Of a DNA stretch of 32,000 bases, positions 1-9,700 are shown one piece after another (position 1 is the stretch's first letter; each line of letters starts with the position of its first letter). Below the pieces are notes generated by a model. It was not told the origin of the DNA, did not search any database, and was given only the letters and a program-made list of their open reading frames with translations. Position numbers and translations under genes: made by a program. Origin of the DNA: Flammeovirga kamogawensis (GTDB lineage Bacteria; Bacteroidota; Bacteroidia; Cytophagales; Flammeovirgaceae). Where the stretch lies: positions 584,633 to 616,632 of the forward strand of contig NZ_CP076130.1 in the NCBI RefSeq assembly GCF_018736065.1, in the 5' to 3' direction.

Positions 1-843
1 GCTATTCTTGCACCTATTGCAGTTGGTTTAATTGTTCAAGAAGATGGGACAAACTGGCAATATTCTTTTCTTGTAACGGGTATCTTTAGTGCTATCTGGA
101 TTCTTTTATGGCTTAAGTTTTATAAAAAACCGAAAGAATGTAAAGGGGTTAATAAAGCAGAGTTAGATTATATTCAACAAGATGATATCAATGAAGGTAT
201 TACTGAAGAAGAGGAAGTAATTAAACTTCCTTGGTCTAAAGTAGCTAAAATGAAAGAAACATGGGCATTTGCAGTTGGTAAGATGACGGATGGTGTTTGG
301 TTCTTTTTCATGTTCTGGAGTGGTATGTTCTTTAAAGATACCTTTGGTGTTAGTATTAAAGAATTAGGTGCTGCATTAGTATTAGTTTATGTTTTTGCAG
401 ACTTAGGTAGTATTGCAGGTGGTTATCTATCTCGTTATTTTATAGACAAAGGTTGGTCGCTTAATAAAGCAAGAAAAACATCTTTATTAATTTGTGCTTT
501 ATGTATTGTTCCTGTGGTTTTTGCTACTCTAACAGAGAACCAATGGATAGCTGCAATATTAATTGCCATTGCTTCTGGAGGGCATCAAGCATGGTCAGCA
601 AATTTATTTACACTTGCTTCTGATATTATGCCAAAACAAGCTACTGCTTCTGTAGTTGGTATTGGCGGTATGGTTGGTGCTGTTACAGGTATGGCTATCG
701 ATTTCTTTTTAGGTAAATACCTAGACTCTTTCGGAGATGGCACCTACTTTTGGATGTTCTTAATTGCAGGTTGTTCTTATTTAGTAATTCTTGGAATTAT
801 TCAATTGATATCACCAAATTTAACACCAGCAAAAATTAAATAA
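1..843 (+). CDS. MFS sugar-acid permease, hexuronate transporter (ExuT)-like; 5' end lies outside the window
   Basis: Frame 1 is open from nt 1 (AILAPIAVGLIVQEDGTNWQ...) straight into the tracked ORF 250..843, so the tracked Met is internal. A charged central loop (KFYKKPKECKGVNKAELDYIQQDD) is followed by several hydrophobic helices, as in ACS/ExuT-type MFS permeases. The family call is by eye. Confidence 0.75.
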   Translation, partial: AILAPIAVGLIVQEDGTNWQYSFLVTGIFSAIWILLWLKFYKKPKECKGVNKAELDYIQQDDINEGITEEEEVIKLPWSKVAKMKETWAFAVGKMTDGVWFFFMFWSGMFFKDTFGVSIKELGAALVLVYVFADLGSIAGGYLSRYFIDKGWSLNKARKTSLLICALCIVPVVFATLTENQWIAAILIAIASGGHQAWSANLFTLASDIMPKQATASVVGIGGMVGAVTGMAIDFFLGKYLDSFGDGTYFWMFLIAGCSYLVILGIIQLISPNLTPAKIK

Positions 844-851
844 ATTTTGAA

Positions 852-893
852 AAAGGTAGTTCTTAGACTTCAATCAAGTACTACCTTTTAATA
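852..893 (+). terminator. Candidate rho-independent terminator after the MFS gene
   Basis: AAAGGTAGT (852..860) pairs with ACTACCTTT (880..888). The stem is 9 bp and the loop 19 nt, followed by a T-rich tail. The long loop makes it weak. Confidence 0.4.
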
Positions 894-905
894 GCTTTTT
901 TGAGT

Positions 906-2459
906 ATGATGATGAATAAATTAACAACAATTCTTTCGGTACTAACACTACTTATATTCTGGAGTTGTCAGAAAAACACAACCACTACTAGTAAAGAGAA
1001 AAAGCCAAATATCATCTTTGTATACCTTGATGATTTAGGATATGGAGATCTTTCTAGTTACGGCGGTGATATCTCTACACCTAACATAGATAATATGGCG
1101 AATGGTGGTGTTAGATTTACCAATGCCTATGCATCTTCTGCAACATGTACACCAAGTAGATATGCTGCTTTTACGGGTATTTATCCTTGGAGAGAAAAAG
1201 ATGCTAAAATTTTACCTGGTACTGCTCCAATGCTTATTGGAAAACAACAAATGACAGTACCTAAAATGCTCCGTGAGCAAGGCTATGAAACGGCTATTAT
1301 TGGCAAATGGCATATGGGCTTAGGCAATGGGCAAAACAATTGGAATGAGCACATTTCACCAAATCCAAATGATGTTGGTTTCGATTATTCTTTCATTATG
1401 GCTGCTACACAAGACCGTGTACCAACTGTATTTATTGAAAACGGCAATGTAGTTGGGTTAGATAAAAATGATCCGATTGAAATCAATTATAACAAGAATT
1501 TCCCTGGCCAAACTTCGGGTAAAGAAAACCCTGAATTAACAACTATGAAGTGGCACCATGGACACAATTCTAGTATCATTAATGGTATTCCTAGAATTGG
1601 ATATATGAAAGGTGGAAAAGCAGCCATTTGGGACGATCAAGAAATGACAAATACATTCCTTGGTGGTGTAAAAGAATATATTCATGAGCATAAATCTAAT
1701 GATAAACCTTTCTTTTTAGCATACACCATGCAACAACCTCATGTACCTCGTACTCCACATCCAGACTTTATTGGAAAATCTGGTAAAGGCCCCAGAGGAG
1801 ATGTAATTATGGAAGCTGATTGGGCTATCGGTGAGCTAATGAAAACACTAGAAAAAGAAGGTATTGCAGAGAATACACTCATTATTTTCTCATCAGATAA
1901 TGGTCCAGTTTTAAACGATGGTTATTATGACGATGCTGTTGAAAAACTGGGGAATCATAAACCTAGTGGCAATTTAAAAGGTGGTAAATATAGTCTTTTT
2001 GATGCCGGTACACATGTTCCATTCATCACGTATTGGAAAGGAACTATTCAGCCAAAGGTATCAGATGCTTTAGTTTGTCAATTAGATATTTTAAGTTCAT
2101 TGGCCGGCTTAACTGGAAGTAATATTACTACAAAAGATTCTGAAGATATGCTAAATGCATTCTTAGGAAAAACAACTGTAGGTAGGTCTAAATTAATATT
2201 AGAAGCAAATACAAAAACGTTACTTCGTGAAGGTGATTGGGTAATGATACCTCCATATCAGGGGCCAAAAGTAGAGACACAAGTAAACATTGAGTTAGGT
2301 AATGCAGATGAATTCCAATTGTATAATATCAAGGAAGACCCATCGCAAAACAATAACCTTGCTCAAACAAATAAAAAGAAACTACAAGAAATGATCAACT
2401 CTTTTGAGAAAGTTCGAGGCAATGATTATCAAAAAGTTGAACAACTAGAATTGAAATAA
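906..2459 (+). CDS. Cys-type sulfatase (S1 family, arylsulfatase A-like)
   Basis: N-terminal signal sequence (LTTILSVLTLLIFWSCQ). Sulfatase signatures are IIFVYLDDLGYGDL and SSATCTPSRYAAFTG (the C-x-P-x-R formylglycine motif), then GKWHMG and FSSDNGP. The track starts at TTG 900, but ATG 906/909/912 are more likely starts. Confidence 0.9.
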   Translation: MMMNKLTTILSVLTLLIFWSCQKNTTTTSKEKKPNIIFVYLDDLGYGDLSSYGGDISTPNIDNMANGGVRFTNAYASSATCTPSRYAAFTGIYPWREKDAKILPGTAPMLIGKQQMTVPKMLREQGYETAIIGKWHMGLGNGQNNWNEHISPNPNDVGFDYSFIMAATQDRVPTVFIENGNVVGLDKNDPIEINYNKNFPGQTSGKENPELTTMKWHHGHNSSIINGIPRIGYMKGGKAAIWDDQEMTNTFLGGVKEYIHEHKSNDKPFFLAYTMQQPHVPRTPHPDFIGKSGKGPRGDVIMEADWAIGELMKTLEKEGIAENTLIIFSSDNGPVLNDGYYDDAVEKLGNHKPSGNLKGGKYSLFDAGTHVPFITYWKGTIQPKVSDALVCQLDILSSLAGLTGSNITTKDSEDMLNAFLGKTTVGRSKLILEANTKTLLREGDWVMIPPYQGPKVETQVNIELGNADEFQLYNIKEDPSQNNNLAQTNKKKLQEMINSFEKVRGNDYQKVEQLELK

Positions 2460-2482
2460 CCAATATATTTAAACTTCCTTTT

Positions 2483-2516
2483 AAAGGTCAGTATTAATTG
2501 AATACTGACCTTTTTA
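2483..2516 (+). terminator. Rho-independent terminator after the sulfatase gene
   Basis: Perfect 13-bp stem: AAAGGTCAGTATT (2483..2495) with AATACTGACCTTT (2501..2513). The loop is 5 nt and a T-run follows. Confidence 0.75.
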
Positions 2517-2540
2517 TATTAAAATAGCAGCTTAGAAATC

Positions 2541-3344
2541 ATGAAAATGAAATTTTATCAATTCGCATTTTTACTGTTGTGTATTAGTGGAGTAGCGAGT
2601 GCACAACAACCTTATACACAAGGAAAATTATTGTTCGAAGAAGATTTTTCTTCCGAAGAATCATTTACTAATAATTGGCAAGTACAGTTATTTAAAAAAG
2701 GTAGTGAAAAAGCAGGATATTATCATGTTAAAAATGGGAAGTTAGAGGTCCTTTCTGAATCGGGGTGTACTGTTTGGCTTACTAAAAAATTAAAAGGGAA
2801 TGTAAAGATTGAATATGATGTAAAAGTAGACACTTCTGGAGTAAGTCAGCTAGGTAAAATAATGATCTCTGATGTCAATTGTTTTTGGATGGCATCAGCT
2901 CCAAAGGGTAAATCATTATTTGATTCTTCTTATAACGGTATGTTTTTAAATTACCATAATATGCAGGCTTACTATGCTAGTTTAGGAGGTAGATTTAATA
3001 CAACTACTCGCTCTAGAAGATACCCGAGAGATATAGATAGTAAACATGTAAAGCATATATCTTTGGGTTATCAAGATGGCAAAGAAAAGATAAAAGATGC
3101 TCAAGAAATGCATATTACACTCATTTCTTATAACGGATTAGTACAATATTTTGTCAATAATAAATTGGTATACGAATTCAAACCTGATACAATAGTTCAA
3201 ACAGAAATAGATAAAGTAAAAGGTGTTGAAAATGTCACTTATTCACTTAAAAAATACCCTGCCTACACAAAAGGTTATTTTGGGTTTAGATTAACTACTT
3301 CAAGACATTTTTATGATAACGTAAAGATTTACAGATTGAATTAA
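2541..3344 (+). CDS. Secreted ConA-like lectin/glucanase-fold protein, DUF1961 (B. subtilis YesU)-like
   Basis: Signal peptide MKMKFYQFAFLLLCISGVASAQQ. Motifs ISDVNCFWMA, AYYASLGGRFNTTTRSRRY and YFGFRLTTSRHFYDNVKIYRL match my memory of the DUF1961 pattern (..YY..GG.NTTTRfRrY ... iGfR ... dNfkVy.L). The family assignment is unverified. Confidence 0.55.
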   Translation: MKMKFYQFAFLLLCISGVASAQQPYTQGKLLFEEDFSSEESFTNNWQVQLFKKGSEKAGYYHVKNGKLEVLSESGCTVWLTKKLKGNVKIEYDVKVDTSGVSQLGKIMISDVNCFWMASAPKGKSLFDSSYNGMFLNYHNMQAYYASLGGRFNTTTRSRRYPRDIDSKHVKHISLGYQDGKEKIKDAQEMHITLISYNGLVQYFVNNKLVYEFKPDTIVQTEIDKVKGVENVTYSLKKYPAYTKGYFGFRLTTSRHFYDNVKIYRLN

Positions 3345-3369
3345 CCTTTACCACTATTCTTTACCCTGT

Positions 3370-3404
3370 AGGCTATTTCAGTAAAATGGAATAGCCTTTT
3401 TTTG
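3370..3404 (+). terminator. Rho-independent terminator between convergent genes
   Basis: AGGCTATTTCA (3370..3380) pairs with TGGAATAGCCT (3387..3397), an 11-bp stem with one G-U wobble. The loop is 6 nt and TTTTTTT follows. It also lies just downstream of the minus-strand gene that ends at 3415. Confidence 0.7.
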
Positions 3405-3414
3405 AATCAGAATT

Positions 3415-4497
3415 TTACAATACCATAATAGTTGATTTGGACGGTAGTAAACGCTGTTTATGAAAATTACTATCTGCTTTATTAGATTTAAATGGGAACT
3501 TCTTTTCTAAACCTATATAATATCTTAAAGATAGCGTATCACCTAGGTTAGGCTGAAACTTTGCAAAATATGTATTACTATAGCTATTCGCGGTAGAAGA
3601 AAACTCTCCATAGCCTTTAAAACTTTCATCGTTGAAAAACACGCCTAATCCATATTCAATTTTATACTTCTCGTTGTAAGTATATAAAAAAGTAGATGTA
3701 CTATTTGGCTTTTGAAGCTTCAATTCATCAGACGAAATATTACCCATTACCGTAACAACGTATACATCTTTTAAATTTACTCCTTTTACTTTCACTTCAC
3801 TATCATAATAAGACTTCCCTTCCCAAAGTTGGATAACTTCAGATAAAGCATAAGTAGCACCATCAATTATAATAGGTAAATAATCTACTTGTACTATTGT
3901 TCTATATTTTCCAGTTGATATCACTTCTATGTTTTCTATGGAATCCATTCTAAAAATTTCACCATTTTTTTGTAGCGCTAATTTACCACTTGTTACTTCT
4001 ATTCTTTTAGCTTTAAACGGGCTCATTCCTTTTAAATATACTTTTCTGAAAACGGCTTCTTTTTTGATCAATTGCTCACTAAAATTATGATGTATAAAAA
4101 TCTCTATATTGGCATTTGAGCACTTTACAACATCTTCTTTTATAGCTTTCTCCTTATTGTCAGTATACTTTTCATCGGTATTTATAAAGGTCAAAACAAG
4201 TTCTTCATTGGGCTTAAAATCTTGTTGAAAGGCTATTTCGTCCCACTTTCCATCGTTATCAAGGTCATCGTATTGAATCGGAATTCTGTTTTTATCGTCA
4301 TCCTGTACAATTAATAAACTCGAATTATTTAAAGCCAAGCATTTAGATTCAAGTTCTTGAAAAGATAAAATAATTGATACCCCTAAACGTTCAATATTTG
4401 CTTTATTTTTTAAAGTAATCTTAGAAGAATTAGAACATGCTGACACTATAAATACACTACATAATAGTAATAAACCCTTTTCAAAAATTCTAGACAT
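3415..4497 (-). CDS. Lipoprotein, DUF4861-like (family often next to uronate/KduI-type genes)
   Basis: Lipobox LLLLCSVFIVSAC|SNSS. The N-terminal segment ITLKNKANIERLGVSIILS ... IPIQYDDLDNDGKWDEIAFQQDFKPNEELVLTF resembles the DUF4861 N-terminus as I remember it. No catalytic motif is recognised. Confidence 0.45.
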   Translation of the reverse strand: MSRIFEKGLLLLCSVFIVSACSNSSKITLKNKANIERLGVSIILSFQELESKCLALNNSSLLIVQDDDKNRIPIQYDDLDNDGKWDEIAFQQDFKPNEELVLTFINTDEKYTDNKEKAIKEDVVKCSNANIEIFIHHNFSEQLIKKEAVFRKVYLKGMSPFKAKRIEVTSGKLALQKNGEIFRMDSIENIEVISTGKYRTIVQVDYLPIIIDGATYALSEVIQLWEGKSYYDSEVKVKGVNLKDVYVVTVMGNISSDELKLQKPNSTSTFLYTYNEKYKIEYGLGVFFNDESFKGYGEFSSTANSYSNTYFAKFQPNLGDTLSLRYYIGLEKKFPFKSNKADSNFHKQRLLPSKSTIMVL

Positions 4498-4640
4498 ATT
4501 TATAAATTTATTATTTGATACAACAATCCAAGTATTTCTCGTTATTTAATTATAAATGAGCTACTTGTTACAAATAAACTAATGAATGAAAGAAATAAGC
4601 AGATCAATAATTCAAGATTGTAGACTTAAAGTTTTATATC

Positions 4641-4648
4641 TATATTTG
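4641..4648 (+). promoter_or_regulatory. Candidate Bacteroidota -7 box (TATATTTG) for the Sus-like operon
   Basis: Matches the TAnnTTTG consensus. It lies 170 nt upstream of ATG 4818 in a 320-nt divergent intergenic region. Confidence 0.3.
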
Positions 4649-4713
4649 TTGCATACTAAACAAACTAAAAGTGGCTTAAACATTCAAAAATGGGGTTCTG
4701 AACTATTGTACTC

Positions 4714-4721
4714 TAGGTTTG
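4714..4721 (+). promoter_or_regulatory. Second candidate -7 box (TAGGTTTG) for the Sus-like operon
   Basis: Matches TAnnTTTG and lies 97 nt upstream of ATG 4818. Confidence 0.3.
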
Positions 4722-4817
4722 AACAATTTTATCCTTCTACTAAAATATAATATGTGTTATTTGTACACCAAGAAATAAAAGCATAAAGTATATTTACGTA
4801 GCAGACTAATTAGAAAA

Positions 4818-6686
4818 ATGAAAAGATTATTTACAATACTAATTGTTTATGGTTTACTCCTCCTTTCGGGGTGTGAACCCGAACAACAAACAAACGTTTT
4901 ACTACCTCCTAGCAACCTTTCTTATGTACATGTAATTGGTGCAGCAGAAAGTGGTCAAGGTTTTACTACTCCTCGACCTGCAGTACAAACATCTTCAACT
5001 CCAGCATTCCATTTAGTGAGTGTAAAAGGAGCCAATGGAGGTGAATATATTGATGGTGAAGTGACTTTAGATTCAGTTTCTGGTATAATAAGTTTAGCAA
5101 ATGGCCATCAGTTAATTGATGGAGATTATTATGCTTCGGTTAGCGTGAAAAATAATTATGGAGATACAGATTTTACAGATGTATTTCAATTCACAGTTCT
5201 TCCTTCAATTGTCTCAGGAATTACGTATACTCCAAATGAGTATACCATAATGAGAGGAGAAGAAGAATTGACAACTGAAGCACCAACTATTGAAGGTGGT
5301 TCTTCACCTTATACTTTCAAATCTGTCAATAATTCTTTCTTTGCAATAGATTCGGCAAGTGGTGTTGTTTCTTTACCACAAACGTCAGCATTAGATGCAG
5401 GTGTTTATAATTTATCGGTAACGGTTACCAATGCAACTAACGAAGATGTTGTTGCTTCTAACGCAATAAAGGTAAATTACGAGTCAGCTCCTTACGAAAT
5501 TACATATACAAACCCTACTCCTACTGTTCCGGTTGGACATACATTTATTATTGATGCTCCAGTTACTAAAGGAACAAATAAATTTGGAAATACAATTGCT
5601 TACTCTTTAGTAAACAATTATAATAACTTATTTACAATTAATCCTAGTACAGCTCTTATCACATTTACTGCAGACCCTACGTTGGTTAATTTAAATGATA
5701 CTTTTAAACTAGACGTTAAAGCAGTAAATGCTTACGGTGAGTATGTAAAAGAAAATGCGGTTAATGTTACAATTGTAGAAGCGAAAGATTGGGCTCCATA
5801 TAATTTAATGTATGATCCTAATTATAGTAAAGTTTTCCAAGGTGACAATTTTACTTCTGTAACTCCAATAATTGGTGGGTTAACAGATAACCTTATCTAT
5901 ACATTAGAAAATGATTTCGACATTTTTGCAATTGACGAAAATTCTGGTGTGCTTTCTTACCTTCCTCAAGTAGATCCATCTGCTGTAGAACCGGGTAATT
6001 ATGAGTTAAATATTGAAGCTACAAATCCATATGGTTTAACATTATTCCCAGATGCTTATTCTGTAGAAATTGTATCTTCTGAACCTGAAGTTATTTTTAC
6101 CGATGGATTTGAAGACATCCCTGCCGATGTTCCAGAATATGTAGAAAGTCCTACAGAATGTCGTTTTGGTAAATTCGTATCGTATAGTGTATTAGGTGTT
6201 CCTTCTATTAAAAGTGGCGATCAGTGGTTCCAAGGTTTTGACTACAGATCTTCTACACCAGGTGATAACGCCAATTACCCTTACAGACCGGGTATCTTTA
6301 TTGTTAATGGCAAACAAAAAGGAGAAGATTATCTCGTTTCTGATGAAATTGATTTCACGTATCATAATAATTTGAAATTGACATTAATAGCTGCGTCTAA
6401 GTACGGTACTGAAGCTGCCAATTCTGAAATAGAAATGTATGCTACTACTAATTTTACAGGAGATCCAACCACTACTACTTGGATTCAAATTGATATTCCT
6501 GCAACAAAAAACCTTAGCAATCAGAGTTTTGTTACTAATCCTATCATAGATTTTGATTTAAATCAATTAGCTGGTAAAAAAGTAAGGTTAGCTTTTAAAG
6601 TATATACTATTGGTGATTCTGAATCTAGTATGTCTAGAAACTATTGGATCAATACAATTCAAATTAGTGGCTCTAGATTCCGTTAA
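4818..6686 (+). CDS. Surface lipoprotein (SGBP-like): four cadherin/Ig-like repeats plus a C-terminal choice-of-anchor-J-like beta-sandwich module
   Basis: Lipobox LLLLSGC|EPEQ. There are four ~95-aa repeats with the recurring pattern Y(T/S)(L/F)...F.ID..SG.(V/I)S....(G)(V/N)Y.L.(V/I).(A/V).N. The C-terminal module runs VIFTDGFE...EDYLVSDEIDF...AGKKVRLAFKVYT...NYWINTIQISG. The gene sits directly upstream of susC. Confidence 0.7.
   Translation: MKRLFTILIVYGLLLLSGCEPEQQTNVLLPPSNLSYVHVIGAAESGQGFTTPRPAVQTSSTPAFHLVSVKGANGGEYIDGEVTLDSVSGIISLANGHQLIDGDYYASVSVKNNYGDTDFTDVFQFTVLPSIVSGITYTPNEYTIMRGEEELTTEAPTIEGGSSPYTFKSVNNSFFAIDSASGVVSLPQTSALDAGVYNLSVTVTNATNEDVVASNAIKVNYESAPYEITYTNPTPTVPVGHTFIIDAPVTKGTNKFGNTIAYSLVNNYNNLFTINPSTALITFTADPTLVNLNDTFKLDVKAVNAYGEYVKENAVNVTIVEAKDWAPYNLMYDPNYSKVFQGDNFTSVTPIIGGLTDNLIYTLENDFDIFAIDENSGVLSYLPQVDPSAVEPGNYELNIEATNPYGLTLFPDAYSVEIVSSEPEVIFTDGFEDIPADVPEYVESPTECRFGKFVSYSVLGVPSIKSGDQWFQGFDYRSSTPGDNANYPYRPGIFIVNGKQKGEDYLVSDEIDFTYHNNLKLTLIAASKYGTEAANSEIEMYATTNFTGDPTTTTWIQIDIPATKNLSNQSFVTNPIIDFDLNQLAGKKVRLAFKVYTIGDSESSMSRNYWINTIQISGSRFR
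4905..6074 (+). repeat. Four tandem cadherin/Ig-like protein repeats (aa ~30-127, 128-220, 221-320, 321-419)
   Basis: The repeats are visible by eye at the protein level, for example YTFKSVNNSFFAIDSASGVVSL..AGVYNLSVTVTN against YTLENDFDIFAIDENSGVLSY..PGNYELNIEATN. They are diverged at the DNA level. Confidence 0.65.
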
Positions 6687-6708
6687 TCATTTTTTTAAAA
6701 TAATAGCA

Positions 6709-6735
6709 GTGAATGTGTATTAAAAGCACATTCAC
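6709..6735 (+). promoter_or_regulatory. Perfect 9-bp hairpin in the 66-nt gap before susC (possible attenuator or processing site)
   Basis: GTGAATGTG (6709..6717) pairs with CACATTCAC (6727..6735) across a 9-nt loop. No U-tract follows, so it is not a classical terminator. Confidence 0.4.
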
Positions 6736-6752
6736 ATAGAAAAAATAAGCAA

Positions 6753-9700
6753 ATGAAAAGCAAATTATTAACTAAAGGTCTGTATAGTGTCCTCTTCCTT
6801 TGGATGCTATCAATACCACTTACATACGGTCAGGGTGTTCCGAGTGTAAAAGGTGTTGTTTACGATGAAACTGGTGCTACATTACCAGGTGCTCAGGTTA
6901 TGATAAAAGGAACAGATAAAGGTGTAGTTACAGATTTTGATGGCAACTTCAAGTTTGTAAATGTTAGACCAACAGACGTCTTAATGATCTCTTATATTGG
7001 TTATGAAACCACTTTTATAAAAATTGGTACTCAAACAGAAGTCAAAGTAGCATTAACGTTAGACACAGAGGTCTTAGACGAAATTGTTGTTGTGGGTTAT
7101 GGTGTACAAGATAAAAGAGATGTTTCTGGTTCTATTGCCTCTGTAGATTCTGAAACTTTTGAAAACAATGCAGCAGCAAATTTTGATGAGATGCTATCTG
7201 GTCAAGTTGCAGGTATGTCTGCAAGTACAGGTGAAGGTACTCCAGGTGCTGCTGCTAATATCGTTATCCGTGGTGGTAATTCTATTACTGGCGATAACTC
7301 TCCATTGTATGTTGTTGATGGTTTTCCTATGGAAGATTTTGACCCCTCTTCTATCAGTCCTAGTGATATTAAAGGATTTGAAGTACTTAAAGATGCTTCT
7401 GCAACAGCTATCTATGGTTCTAGAGGTGCAAACGGTGTAATTATTATAACCACGAAAGGTGGTAAAGCAGGTAAATTTAAAGTTGGTTTAACACACTCTA
7501 CTGGTGTAGCTCTTGAGCCTAATGGACTTGCTTTAATGTCTCCTTATGAGTTTGTAAAAATGCAAGAAGAGATTGCGATTAGTAAAGGTGGTGATTTCTC
7601 TGAGCAGTTTTACAATACATGGGTAGACCCAGAATTGTACAAAGATATGGAGGCTATTGATTGGCAAGACCGTATTATGCAAGATGCCTTGTTTACAAAA
7701 ACAGGTGTAACATTTAGTGGTGGTAATGAGCAAACAAAACATTACACTTCTTTAAACTACATGAACCAAGATGGTGTACTTCTTAGCACTGGATATGAGA
7801 ACATTTCAGCAAGAATGAAAATTGACCATAAACTACATAACAACGGTAAAATTGGCATTAATTTAAACTATACTCACTCAGAAAGAGAAGGTTTAAATAA
7901 TAACAAAAAGGCACTTCAAGATGCTTGGAGATTACGTCCCGTAGATCCAATTAACCCTGATGGTAGAGAAAATGGTATTGATGAAAATAACGTAAATGAT
8001 AACCGTTACGATCCTGTTGCTACTTTAAATAATACCGAAAATAATTTAAATAGAAATGAGCTTCGTGCAATTGGTTACTACGAACAACCAATTAATAAGC
8101 ATTTAAAATTTAGAATTGCTGGTAGTGCTAAAACACTTAATGAGACGCAAACAATGTTTTTTGATGAAAACACCTATTCTGGCTCTAGAACTTCTAAAGG
8201 TGTAAACGGAAGTATTCTTAACAACGAATCAACTACATTAAAAAACACAAATACTGTTACCTATAACAACAAATGGGGTAAGCACAAATTACAAATGGTA
8301 GGTGGTGCAGAATTTTCACACTATCAAAGAGCTTATGTAAAAACGGTGGCAGAACAAATGATGCCTGGCACAGGAATAGAAGATATCAGACCTGGTACAT
8401 CAAAAACTTCTTACTCTGATTCTTATTATGAAGAAGATGGTTTAGCTTCTTACTTTGCTCGTGCAACCTACTCTTTTAAAGGAAAATACATTCTAACAGG
8501 TACTTACAGAATGGATGGATCGTCTAAATTTAGAGGAGACAATAAATACGGACACTTTCCCTCTTTAGGTGCTGCTTGGCGTATGGGTGATGAACCTTGG
8601 ATGAAAAGCCAAAATATATTTTCAGATTTCAAGTTTAGAGGTGGTTATGGTGTAACTGGTAATAACAGAATTCATGATTACGCTGCTTACTCTCAAATGT
8701 CAGTAGAAAATAATTCGGGATATATTCTTGAAGGTGAATATTACCCAGGTGTTGTTTATAATGAGTTAGCTTCTCAGGATTTGAAATGGGAAACAACTTT
8801 CCAATCTAACTTTGGTGTGGACATGGGCTTCTTAAACGATAAATTGAACGTAACTGTAGACCTTTATCAAAAGAGAACAAAAGACTTATTATTGAATGCA
8901 GAAGTACCAGAAAGTTCTGGGTTTAGTACTGTATTTATTAATGTAGGTGAGGTTCAAAATAGAGGGGTTGAATTTACTATCAGTAATGTAAATATTGATA
9001 GAAATGACTTCAAATGGACTTCTTCTTTAAACCTATCACACAACAAAAATGAAGTACTTGCCTTAAATAATGGACAAGATTATATCTTAAGTACACCAGG
9101 TCCTTGGTCTACAAGTTCACCTATTGATGAGTACATGTTTATTACTCAAGTAGGTCAGCCCGTTGGTCAGTTTTATGGTTTACAATATGAAGGACTCTAT
9201 TCAAACGATGATTTTTACTATATAGATGGCAAATATGAGCTAAAACCTGGTATTCCAAATAATGGTAATGAGGTTATCCCTGGTTCGCCTAAGTATAAAG
9301 ATGTGAATGGCGATGGTACTATAGACGAAAGAGATAGAACAGTAGTTGGAGATGCTACTCCATTGTTCTTTGGAGGTTTTACAAACACGGTAAAATACAA
9401 AAACTTTGATCTAGCCTTCACATTTACTTTCTCTTATGGTGGCGAATTAATTAATGCCAACAGAATAGAAAATGAATCGCCAGATGTAAACTTAAACATC
9501 AATTACTTTGAAGCTGTAGATAACCGTTATACAAAAGAAAATCCAAACGGTGATGTACATATTATTCGTGGAGATATCCAAGGAGAAAATCAAGTAGTAG
9601 GTAGACCTCCAAATGGTAATCAATTCTCTTCTCAATATGTAGAAGATGGATCTTACCTAAAACTTAAAAACATCACTTTAGGCTATACTTTCGACAAACG

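Noticed and set aside
7159-7440. 93-aa same-strand alternate-frame ORF inside susC. The antisense ORFs 7533..7742 and 9218..9421 in susC, and 9989..10240 and 10326..10574 in susD, are similar cases.
   Set aside because: All lie entirely within strongly supported SusC/SusD coding frames. Their translations are low-complexity (Leu/Val/Gln or Cys/Phe rich) with no motifs, so they are typical shadow ORFs.
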